In this document: in pieces, positions 1 through 8,182 of the stretch | Layout: the number at the start of each line of letters is the position of its first letter | How positions within the stretch are numbered: the stretch's first letter is position 1 | Assembly (NCBI GenBank): GCA_040081625.1 | Contig: JBEBGD010000117.1 | Span: 1-16,535 of the forward strand | Direction: 5' to 3' | Length of the DNA: 16,535 nt | Origin: Chthoniobacteraceae bacterium | Lineage (GTDB): Bacteria; Verrucomicrobiota; Verrucomicrobiia; Chthoniobacterales; Chthoniobacteraceae | Position numbers and translations under genes: made by a program | The notes under the pieces: generated by a model | The model's database searches: none | What the model was told of the DNA's origin: nothing | What the model saw: the letters and a program-made list of their open reading frames with translations, nothing else

Positions 1-21
1 GTGCAGGGGCAGTTGTTCTGA
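1..21 (+). CDS. Possible 3' end of an upstream gene (…VQGQLF*)
   Basis: Frame 1 reads GTG CAG GGG CAG TTG TTC TGA, followed by an intergenic REP-like element. Only 6 codons are visible. Confidence 0.3.
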   Translation: MQGQLF

Positions 22-36
22 GGAGCGGGGCGGGAA

Positions 37-149
37 GTGGCGCACGTTGCCCCAACGTGAGCCTGCCTGCGCGCGCAGCGCCACACCTCCGGGAGTCAGC
101 GCGCTCCGCGCGGGTTGGTGTTGCTTCACGTTGAGGCAACGTGAGCCAC
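37..149. repeat. REP doublet (REPIN-like): two inverted copies of a ~24-bp palindromic REP-like unit
   Basis: 37-60 GTGGCGCACGTTGCCCCAACGTGA versus the reverse complement of 126-149 GTGGCTCACGTTGCCTCAACGTGA is 22/24 identical. Each copy holds the hairpin CACGTTG-NNN-CAACGTG and an outer GTGG tetranucleotide. The spacer is 65 nt. Confidence 0.7.
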
Positions 150-296
150 GGAGTCGCCAGCCGCACTGCCGGTCCGATTTGTATTGCCCGGTCGCGTGGG
201 CTGGTTATTCCGATCCGCACACAACTTGGCGCACGGGACCAGCACGGGCCAGGCAGGTTGTAGAGTCGCCCTTAACTCACCTCGCCGCACCCCACC

Positions 297-2554
297 ATGA
301 ACACGCTGCGTTTCGCTGCCGCGCTGCTTCTCCACTCTCGCCTGTCCATCCTGTGCGGGCTCGCACTCGCCCCGTGCATACCCGCCCACGGACAGGCGCC
401 GGCGACGCTGCTGCACTCCATCCCCGCGCCGCCGGTGGGGGTGCAGGCAGGGGCGGAATTCGGATTTCGCGTGGCGGTGGATGGGGGCTACGCGGTCCTC
501 GGGGCGGGCCTCGATGATTCCGGCGCGCAGGACTCCGGCGTGGTGAAGGTGTTTAACTCGACGACCGGGGCGCTGCTCTTTGTATTGCCGAATCCCAGCC
601 CGGCTGCGGGTGACACCTTCGGCCGCTCGGTGGCAATCTCCGGCACGCGGGTGGTGGTGGGGGCATTGTTCGATGACACGGAGCGACCGATGCCGGGAGC
701 GCGTATGTCGATGACCTGAGCAGCGGGACACCCACGGTGCCCGTGGCCACGCTGAACAAACCCGGCCCGGCGGTTGGTGACTACTTCGGCGGGTCGGTGG
801 CGATCTCGGGCTCGCGGGTGGTGGTGGGGGCTTACTCGGACGATACGGGAGCGCTCGATGCCGGGAGCGCATTTGTGTATGATCTGAGCAGCGGGACTCC
901 GACGGTGCCCGTGGCCACGCTGAACAACCCGAGCCCGGCGCCGAGTGACTACTTCGGCTACTCGGTGGCCATCGACGGCACAACCGTCGCCATCGGCACG
1001 CTTGGCGACGACACGACCACCTTCGACAAAGGCGCCGCCTATGTCTTCGGCCCGGGCAGCGGCCCCGGACCGGGATCAAACGTGATCATCGCGACGAACA
1101 ACGGAGCCACCGGTGCCGGCCTGCCGACGGGGACGAAGTTCTTCTCCTTCACGGCGCCGGACGTGGGGGTCTTCGGCGGGCGCGTGCAGACGCCCGCGGG
1201 GCAGAAGCTCGATGCGGTCTTCCAGGAGGATGGCACGGTGCTGCTTCGCGGGCAGCAGATGGTCGCGGTGGATCCGGCGGGCGGTGGCGACATGGGGATG
1301 ATAGCGAAGCTCAATCCCCCGACAGGCGACGCGGTGTTAGCCACGCTGGACCGGCGCAGCGGGGCGACGGCGGCGGATGATCAGGTGCTCTTCATGGGGC
1401 TCATGTCGGGCACGCCCGAGGTGATGGTGCGCAAGGGGCAGGAGATCCCCGGGCTGCCGGGGGTGAAGCTGAAGAGCTTCCTGACGCTGGATGGGAACGG
1501 GGCGACGACCTTCTTCTCCGGCAAGCTGTCCGGCACTGGGGTGAACGGGGGCAACAACACGGCGATCTTCGCCGCGAATGCAGCGGATGGCTTCAAGATG
1601 ATCGTGCGGAAGGGCCAGGTGGTGGGGGCGAAGCAGGTGAAGATCATCGCCACGCTGGTGGGGCAGGCGGGGAGCCTGGCCGAGGGGCGCTGGCGCGGTG
1701 GAACGAACGAGATCGGTATGCGGCTCACCTTCACGGACAAGACGCAGGCGCTCTATCTCGTGCCGGCAAGCGCGACGTCGCCGGATGACTGGCTGCGCAT
1801 CGCCCAGAGCGGCGATGCCGCCGGGGCGGACGTGCCGGGGGCGGAACTCAAGAGCTTCATGCTGCCGGCGAATGCGCCGGGGGCGACGGTCTTCGACTCG
1901 CTGCTGCGGACCGGACCGGGGAACATCACGCGCAAGAACAGCCGTGCGGTCTTCGATGCGCTGGGGGTGGAGACGCGCGGACCGATCTCGCTGCGCCTCC
2001 TCGCGCAGGTGGCCGGGCCGGCGCCGGCGCAGTCGAACTTCCAGCGCCTCCTGAATACGCTGGCCGGGCTGGGCCGCGCCTCGACGGTGATCGCCAATTC
2101 AACGCTGCCCGGGGAGAACCGATCGCGCGGGACGATCTACGATGCGAGGCAGGATGGGCAGTTGGTGCCGATCGCGCGGCTCGGAGGGAGCGCGCCGGAG
2201 GGCGGGCGCTTTGCCCGGTTCGTGTCCGTGGCAAAGCCGGATGGCCTGGGCTACGGGGCGCTGGTGTCGGCGCTGCTCGGGGTCAGTGGGTCGGAGGGAG
2301 TGACGGCAAAGAATCGGGCCGCGCTCTATGCCCGGGATAGCGGCGGGGAACTGCGCCGCGTCCTGCGTGCTGGCGACATGGTAGAGTCCGCCGGTCCCGG
2401 CTCGGCGAGGAAGCCGGTGAAGAGCTTCGTGGCGCTGACGGCCGCGCCCGGCTCGATCGGCGCGGCGCGGGGCTACGACGACACGGGCCGGGTGAATGTG
2501 CTGGTGACCTTCGGCGACCGGACGCAAGCCGTGGTGCGCATCCAGGTGCCGTAG
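297..2554 (+). pseudogene. Secreted FG-GAP (integrin-alpha-type propeller) repeat protein with a large C-terminal repeat domain, frameshifted near 681 (ORFs 297..719 and 737..2554; ~752 aa if repaired)
   Basis: Signal-peptide-like N-terminus (MNTLRF…APCIPAHG). Four FG-GAP repeats (FGxSVAISG…VVVGA…DDTG…GSAxVY). Repeat 2 reads ACG GA GCG where repeat 3 reads ACG GGA GCG, and restoring one G joins the two ORFs in frame. Could be a real pseudogene or an assembly error. Confidence 0.8.
591..970 (+). repeat. Intragenic ~168-bp (56-codon) tandem repeats encoding FG-GAP blades
   Basis: ACGGTGCCCGTGGCCACGCTGAACAA is identical at 734 and 902 (period 168). GTGGTGGTGGGGGC occurs at 651 and 818 (period 167, spanning the deletion). 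Confidence 0.9.
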
Positions 2555-2617
2555 GGCCTGCCGACAGACGACGCGCGGCGGGCAGCATCCTGCAAAGCGC
2601 GGGGCAAAGGCGGAGCA

Positions 2618-2645
2618 TTGCCACGGGTCAATGTGGGCGTAGTCT
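2618..2645 (+). promoter_or_regulatory. Candidate sigma70-type promoter for the DUF1501 gene
   Basis: TTGCCA (2618-2623), 16-bp spacer, TAGTCT (2640-2645), ending 16 nt before the ATG at 2662. Confidence 0.4.
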
Positions 2646-2661
2646 CCACGCTCTCTCCACC

Positions 2662-4047
2662 ATGCTCCAGATCACCGGTCCCGGTTCCATCACCACTTGC
2701 GACGGCACGACGCGCCGCGACTTCCTGCAGGTCGGCACGCTCGGCGCGCTCGGCTTCTCCCTCGCGAAGCTCGCGGGGCTGAATGCGCACGCAGCAGCGG
2801 CGGCGGCGGCGAAGGAGGACAATGGGAAGGCGTGCATCCTCATCTTCAATCTCGGCGCGCCCTCGCAGCTCGACTGCTGGGACCCGAAGCCGGATGCGCC
2901 GCGCGAGGTGCGCGGGCCCTTCTCGCCGATCAGCACGAAGGGCGACTTCCAGATCACCGAGATCTTTCCGATGATAGCGAAGGTGGCAGACAAGTTCTCG
3001 CTGGTGCGCAGCGTGCATCACGGCGCGGCGGCGGTGCATGATACGGGGCATCAGATGATGCAGACGGGGCGGCTCTTTCAGGGGGGAATCAATACGCCGC
3101 ACGTGGGGTGCGCGCTGGAGTTCCTCAAGGGGCGCCGCAATGAGATGCCGGCGAATGTGATCCTGCCGGAGGTGATGGGGCCGACGGGCGGGAACCTGCC
3201 GCACGGGCAGGACGCGGGCTTTCTCGGCAAGGCGTATGATCCCTTCGTGCTCAATGCGGACCCGTCGGTGGCGAACTTCCAGGTGCCCGATCTGCTGCCG
3301 CCCAAGGAGATCGGCGAGGCGCGGCTGCTGCGGCGCAAGGAGCTGCGGGAGGTGGTGGAGGGGGCGATCAAGAACTTCGAGGCGTCGCCCGCGGCGGAGC
3401 TGATGGACGCTAACTTCTCGGCTGCCTATCGACTGATGACCAGCGAGCGGGCGCGGGAGGCGTTCGACTTGACCAGGGAGACGCTGAAGGTGCGCGAACG
3501 CTATGGGATGACGCGCTTCGGGCAGAGCTGCCTGCTGGCGCGGCGGCTGGTGGAGCGCGGGGTGCGCTTCGTGACTATCAATACGTTCATCACGGTCTTC
3601 AACGAGATCACGTGGGACATCCATGGCAGCAAGCCCTTCACGTCGATCGGCGGGATGAAGGAGATCGTGGCGCCGATGTATGACCGTGGCTATTCGGCGC
3701 TGCTCGAGGATCTGGCCGAGCGCGGGATGCTCGACTCGACGCTGGTGGCGAGCCTCGCGGAGTTCGGCCGCACGCCGAAGGTGAACCCGACGGGCGGGCG
3801 CGATCACTGGCCGCAATGCTGGACGGTGGGCTTCGCCGGTGGCGGTGTGAAAGGCGGGCGCACCGTGGGCCGCAGCGACGATATCGGCGCCTATCCCGCG
3901 GAGCGTCCGGTCGAGCCGAAGGATATCGTGGCGACGATCTTCCACTCACTCGGGCTCGATGGCGACGCGCACCTGCCGGGCCCGCAAGGCCGCCCCTTCC
4001 CGCTCGTGGACTTCGGCACGCAGCCGATCCGGGAGCTGTTCGCGTAG
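2662..4047 (+). CDS. DUF1501 domain-containing protein (PVC-superphylum family), Tat-like RRDFL signal
   Basis: 461 aa. Motifs TRRDFLQVG, GAPSQLDCWDPKPDAP.EVRGPF, FGQSCLLARRLVERGVRFV, WDIHG, EFGRTPK, GRDHWP. Confidence 0.9.
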   Translation: MLQITGPGSITTCDGTTRRDFLQVGTLGALGFSLAKLAGLNAHAAAAAAAKEDNGKACILIFNLGAPSQLDCWDPKPDAPREVRGPFSPISTKGDFQITEIFPMIAKVADKFSLVRSVHHGAAAVHDTGHQMMQTGRLFQGGINTPHVGCALEFLKGRRNEMPANVILPEVMGPTGGNLPHGQDAGFLGKAYDPFVLNADPSVANFQVPDLLPPKEIGEARLLRRKELREVVEGAIKNFEASPAAELMDANFSAAYRLMTSERAREAFDLTRETLKVRERYGMTRFGQSCLLARRLVERGVRFVTINTFITVFNEITWDIHGSKPFTSIGGMKEIVAPMYDRGYSALLEDLAERGMLDSTLVASLAEFGRTPKVNPTGGRDHWPQCWTVGFAGGGVKGGRTVGRSDDIGAYPAERPVEPKDIVATIFHSLGLDGDAHLPGPQGRPFPLVDFGTQPIRELFA

Positions 4048-4052
4048 CGGCG

Positions 4053-6260
4053 CTAGGCCCGCGCCTTCCGCTTCGGCTTGAGGCTGCGGTAATCCACGCG
4101 GCGCTTCGGTTCGATCTTGTCGAGGCCGGTGCCGGCCTTTAGCTCGGCGAGTTGGTCGCGCAGCAGCGCGGCCTTCTCGAACTCGAGGTTCGCGGAGGCG
4201 CTGAGCATCTCGTCCTCCAGCTCGCGGAGGAGGTCGGTGAGGTTGAGGTCCGCGCCGGTCTCGCGCACGACGCCTTCCTCAATCTGCCGCGCCTTGAGCA
4301 GCGTGTGCAGGCTCTCCTGCACCGCGCGCTGGACGCTGCGCGGGGTGATGCCGTGCTTCTCGTTGTATTCGATCTGCCGCGCGCGGCGATACTCGGTGAT
4401 GTCGAGCAGTGCCTGCATGGAGCCGGTGATCTGGTCGGCGAAGAGATAGACTTCCCCATTCACATGCCGCGCCGCGCGGCCCGCGGTCTGGATGAGCGAG
4501 GTCTGGGAGCGGAGATAGCCTTCCTTGTCGGCGTCGAGGATGCACACGAGCGAGACTTCCGGCAGGTCGAGGCCTTCGCGGAGCAGGTTGATGCCGACGA
4601 GGATGTCGAACTCCCGCGCCCGCAATGCGCGGAGGATCTCGACGCGCTCGATCGTGTCGATGTCGCTATGGAGGTAGCGGACCTTCAGGCCGGTGTCCTT
4701 GAGGTAATCGGAGAGGTCTTCCGCGGTGCGCTTGGTGAGCGTGGTGATGAGCACGCGCTCGCCCAGTTCCACGCGCTGCCGGCATAGCTCCATCGTCTCG
4801 TCGATCTGCGACTTGAGCGGGCGGATGCTGATGCGCGGATCGAGCAGGCCCGTCGGCCGGATGATCTGCTCGACGATGAGCGGCGCGCCCGGCGTGTTCA
4901 CATCGAACTCCGCGACGGGCTGCTCCGCGCGGCTGGTGCGGACTTCGCTGCGGGTCTTCTCGCCGAAGCGCTCGCCCGCGACCGCGGCGGGGACGGGCAC
5001 GTCGGTGCCGAGCTGCGTGCGGGTCTGCGCGATGTAGGCGGTGTTGCCGACGATGGAGTTGCGCACTTCGAACTCCCCCGGCGTCGCGCTCACATAGAGC
5101 ACCTGCCCGGTCATCTGCTGGAACTCCTCGAAGCGCAGCGGGCGGTTATCCATCGCGCTCGGCAGGCGGAAGCCGTAATCGACGAGCACCGACTTGCGCG
5201 AGCGGTCGCCCTCATACATGCCGCCGATCTGTGGGACCGTGGCGTGGCTTTCATCGATGACGACGAGGTAGTCGCGCGGGAAGAAGTCCATGAGCGTGAA
5301 CGGTCGCGAGCCCGGCGGACGGCCGCTGAGATGGCGCGAGTAGTTCTCGATGCCCGAGCAGAAGCCCATCTCCTGCATCATCTCGATGTCGTATTCGGTG
5401 CGCTGCTTGATGCGCTGCGCCTCGAGTAGCTTGTCGTGCTTCTCGAACCAGATGATCCGCTCGTCCATCTCGTCGCGAATCGTGCTCATCGCGCGCAGCA
5501 GCTTGTCGTGCGGCGTCACGAACTGCTTCGCCGGATAGAGCGTGACCATCGTGAGCGAGTCGCGCGTGTGGCCGGTGAGCGGATCGACGCGCGAGATGCG
5601 GTCGATCTCGTCGCCGAAGAACTCGATGCGGATCGCCTCGTCATCGAGGTTGGCGGGCTGCACTTCCACCACGTCGCCGCGGACGCGGAACCGGCCACGG
5701 GTGAAGCCGACGTCGTTGCGCTCGTAGAGCATGTCCACGAGCCGCGAGAGCGTCATCTCGCGCGAGATCGTCTGGCCGACCTTCAGCGTGAGCAGCATGT
5801 TCATGTAGTCCTCCGGCGAACCGAGGCCGTAGATGCACGAGACGCTGGCGACGACGATCACGTCCTTTCGCGAGAGCAGCGATGAGGTGGCGGAGAGGCG
5901 CAGGCGCTCGATCTCCTCGTTGATCGACGAGTCCTTCTCGATGTAGGTGTCGGTGCGCGGGATGTAGGCCTCGGGCTGGTAGTAGTCGAAGTAGCTGACG
6001 AAATACTCGACGGCGTTGTCCGGGAAGAACTGCCGGAACTCGGAGTAGAGCTGCGCCGCGAGCGTCTTGTTGTGGGAGATGATGAGCGCGGGCTTGCCGA
6101 TGTTGCGGATGACATTCGCGACCGTGAACGTCTTGCCCGAGCCGGTGACGCCGAGCAGCGTCTGGTGCCGGTTGCCCGCCTCGACGCACTTGGTCAGCTT
6201 CGCGATGGCCTGAGCCTGATCGCCGCGCGGCTCGTAGGTCGAGGCGAGCTGGAACGACAT
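4053..6260 (-). CDS. uvrB: Excinuclease ABC subunit B
   Basis: 735 aa. Walker A GVTGSGKT, SHNKTLAAQLY, beta-hairpin YFDYYQPEAY, DESH, GFRLPSA, SATPG, RPTGLLDP, INLLREGLD, QTAGRAAR, and a C-terminal UVR coiled coil (LEFEKAALLRD). Confidence 0.99.
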   Translation of the reverse strand: MSFQLASTYEPRGDQAQAIAKLTKCVEAGNRHQTLLGVTGSGKTFTVANVIRNIGKPALIISHNKTLAAQLYSEFRQFFPDNAVEYFVSYFDYYQPEAYIPRTDTYIEKDSSINEEIERLRLSATSSLLSRKDVIVVASVSCIYGLGSPEDYMNMLLTLKVGQTISREMTLSRLVDMLYERNDVGFTRGRFRVRGDVVEVQPANLDDEAIRIEFFGDEIDRISRVDPLTGHTRDSLTMVTLYPAKQFVTPHDKLLRAMSTIRDEMDERIIWFEKHDKLLEAQRIKQRTEYDIEMMQEMGFCSGIENYSRHLSGRPPGSRPFTLMDFFPRDYLVVIDESHATVPQIGGMYEGDRSRKSVLVDYGFRLPSAMDNRPLRFEEFQQMTGQVLYVSATPGEFEVRNSIVGNTAYIAQTRTQLGTDVPVPAAVAGERFGEKTRSEVRTSRAEQPVAEFDVNTPGAPLIVEQIIRPTGLLDPRISIRPLKSQIDETMELCRQRVELGERVLITTLTKRTAEDLSDYLKDTGLKVRYLHSDIDTIERVEILRALRAREFDILVGINLLREGLDLPEVSLVCILDADKEGYLRSQTSLIQTAGRAARHVNGEVYLFADQITGSMQALLDITEYRRARQIEYNEKHGITPRSVQRAVQESLHTLLKARQIEEGVVRETGADLNLTDLLRELEDEMLSASANLEFEKAALLRDQLAELKAGTGLDKIEPKRRVDYRSLKPKRKARA

Positions 6261-6262
6261 GC

Positions 6263-7456
6263 CTAGCGACTTCCCACGCAGCGCAGGATCAGGTTCACGA
6301 TCGGCACCGGCACGAACCAGCGCGAGCGCTCGAGCACCTTGCCGGTGCGCGGCCCGCGCGAGGAGGTGCTGATCTTTCCCGAGCTGCTGCGCGTGGTCGT
6401 CCTCGGCTGGCCATCCGTATCGTATGGATCGATGAACATGCTCTCGACGACGAGCACGCCCGCCGGTCCCTCGGTCGCGATGGCGTGCTTGATGATGAGA
6501 TCGTTGGTCCCCTTCGCGCGATTGCTCACGAAATTGTAGGTGTGGTAGCCGGACTGATCCGTCAGTTCGGTCGTTCGCTGGCGCGCGTTATCATCGATGA
6601 CGATGGCGCTGACGATCTGGTCGGCGTTGTCCGTGACGAGCAGGAGGCGACTGAATCCACCGAGGAAGATCCCGCTGAACGAATACGCGGAGAAGGAGGC
6701 AATCGGCAACCCGGGGGTGCTGACCTTTGTCTTGGTCACCGAGGTGCCCTCGAGCTTGAGCGTCTTCCGGGCGACGTTGATCGGTGTGAGGAATGGGATG
6801 CCCGGATACACTTCGATCGTCGAATCGCCTTCGAGCCGCTCGCTCGGTTCGCCATGACCCGCAAAGAGCATCGCGAGATCCTTCCGCGTCATCGTGCCGC
6901 CCTGCTGCGGGCTGCCCCAGTTCGGAGCGAGCACGATCTTCCTCTCGCCAGACGGCTCGGGCGCGGACGGAGCAGGCTCCGGCGGCGCGGGTGCGATTGG
7001 AGCCGGCATCGGCGTGGACGGCGGCGGCGTCGCGAGCTTCGCGACCGGTTGAGGCATCGGCGTGGCGGGAGCGGGAGCGGGCGGCGGCGGGGAAGATTCG
7101 TCGGCGAGTTTGATCTGCTCCGGCTTGCTGATGAGGATCTGCGGCTTCTGGTCCGGCGCGAGTTCGATCTTCCCGGTGATCGTCACCGTCTTGCCTTCGA
7201 AACCTTTCACGTCGCCGAGCTTCGCCTCATCGCGTGCGAGCACCATCCCCGTGAAGACGTGCCGCGGAAAACGATCGCCGAAGTTCAGGAACGTCGTCCC
7301 CTTCGCTGACTTGGAAACCGACACCACCTTGCCGGTGATGGCGACCTCCTCGCCGACGTGCTTTGCAGCTTCGGAATCAGGATAGGTCGCCTGCGCGCGG
7401 ACGAGCACGGGCGTCGCGACGGCGACAGCAAGAATGATGAAGCGAGGGATTTTCAT
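6263..7456 (-). CDS. Secreted hypothetical protein: signal peptide, OB-fold-like domain, Pro-rich linker, unknown C-terminal domain (397 aa)
   Basis: The second ATG (7456) gives a clean Sec signal, MKIPRFIILAVAVATPVLVRA|Q. AAKHVGEEVAITGKV…TFLNFG..FP…GKTVTITGKI…KPQI resembles nucleic-acid-binding OB folds. PPPPAPAPATP linker. The stop is 2 bp before the uvrB ATG. Confidence 0.75.
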   Translation of the reverse strand: MKIPRFIILAVAVATPVLVRAQATYPDSEAAKHVGEEVAITGKVVSVSKSAKGTTFLNFGDRFPRHVFTGMVLARDEAKLGDVKGFEGKTVTITGKIELAPDQKPQILISKPEQIKLADESSPPPPAPAPATPMPQPVAKLATPPPSTPMPAPIAPAPPEPAPSAPEPSGERKIVLAPNWGSPQQGGTMTRKDLAMLFAGHGEPSERLEGDSTIEVYPGIPFLTPINVARKTLKLEGTSVTKTKVSTPGLPIASFSAYSFSGIFLGGFSRLLLVTDNADQIVSAIVIDDNARQRTTELTDQSGYHTYNFVSNRAKGTNDLIIKHAIATEGPAGVLVVESMFIDPYDTDGQPRTTTRSSSGKISTSSRGPRTGKVLERSRWFVPVPIVNLILRCVGSR

Positions 7457-7504
7457 GCTGCACGGAAACTGTGCCCGCATCCGGCGGCTGGACAGCGCTA
7501 TTTT

Positions 7505-8182
7505 CTACGCGCCGGCCTGCTTCTTGAGCGAGTGCTCGTGGCGGATGTCCTCGCCGCGCGCGAGGTAGAACGCCTCCTCGGCGATGTTCGTCGCGTGATC
7601 GGCGACGCGCTCGAGCGCCTTCGCGATGGTGAGTAGATTGATCGCGCGGGTGATGGCCTTCGGATTGCCCTGCATCTCCGCGGTCATCTCGCGGGCCACC
7701 TGGCGGTTGAGATCGTTCACGCTGCGGTCGCGCGCGACGATCTCGACGGCGAGCTCGCCGTCGGATTCCACAAAGGCGGTGATGCTGTCGCGCAGCATCT
7801 CGCTGGCGATCTCGGCCATCAGCGGGATGTCGATCAGCGGCTTGAGCAACGGCTCCTTGTTCAGGTCGCGGGCGCGGCGTGCGATTGTCGTGGCCTGGTC
7901 GCCGATGCGCTCGAGATTGCTGCCGATCTTCGACGCCGCGAGCAGCAGCCGGCAATCCCGCGCGATGGCGCCGTGCGTCGAGATGTAGGTGACGACCATT
8001 TCGTCGATGTGAATCTCGAGCTGGTCGATCTGCGTGTCCTCTTCCTCGACCACTTCGCAAAGCTGGTCGTCGCGCTCGATGAGCGCGCGCATGGCGACGG
8101 AGAGATTGCGCTCGGCGAGGCCGCTCATCATGAGCAGTTGCTCGCGGATCGCGCTAAGGTGTTGTTCCCAATATTGGCTCAT
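7505..8182 (-). CDS. phoU: Phosphate signalling protein PhoU (225 aa)
   Basis: IDQLE…AIARDCR…LERIGDQA and [13 protein letters not shown] motifs. The ATG at 8182 overlaps the pstB stop (ATGA). Confidence 0.96.
   Translation of the reverse strand: MSQYWEQHLSAIREQLLMMSGLAERNLSVAMRALIERDDQLCEVVEEEDTQIDQLEIHIDEMVVTYISTHGAIARDCRLLLAASKIGSNLERIGDQATTIARRARDLNKEPLLKPLIDIPLMAEIASEMLRDSITAFVESDGELAVEIVARDRSVNDLNRQVAREMTAEMQGNPKAITRAINLLTIAKALERVADHATNIAEEAFYLARGEDIRHEHSLKKQAGA

Noticed and set aside
14..27. Possible Verrucomicrobia LexA box (TGTTC-N4-GAACA)
   Set aside because: The right half is GAGCG, with two mismatches, and the site overlaps a probable stop codon. No match was seen upstream of uvrB either.
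37..149. CRISPR mini-array reading of the two palindromes
   Set aside because: Only two units, best aligned in inverted orientation, with a 65-nt spacer and no cas genes.
651..663. G5 run as a phase-variation switch restoring the FG-GAP frame
   Set aside because: Shifting there reads GGC ATT GTT CGA TGA and stops at 674-676. The lesion near 681 is only GG, with no slippery heptamer for a programmed frameshift.
47..1079. ORFs 47..517 (+) and 126..1079 (-)
   Set aside because: Arg/Pro-rich, motif-free shadow ORFs overlapping the FG-GAP gene and the repeat element.
2473..3945. 490-aa antisense ORF
   Set aside because: Mirror of the DUF1501 gene, expected from high-GC codon bias, with no recognisable motifs.
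4045..4055. TAGCG-G-CGCTA palindrome as a bidirectional terminator
   Set aside because: Largely formed by the two convergent TAG stop codons, too short, and without a U-tract.
4880..5055. Intein in UvrB
   Set aside because: Too short, with no Cys/Ser start plus His-Asn end followed by Cys/Ser/Thr, and no splicing blocks.
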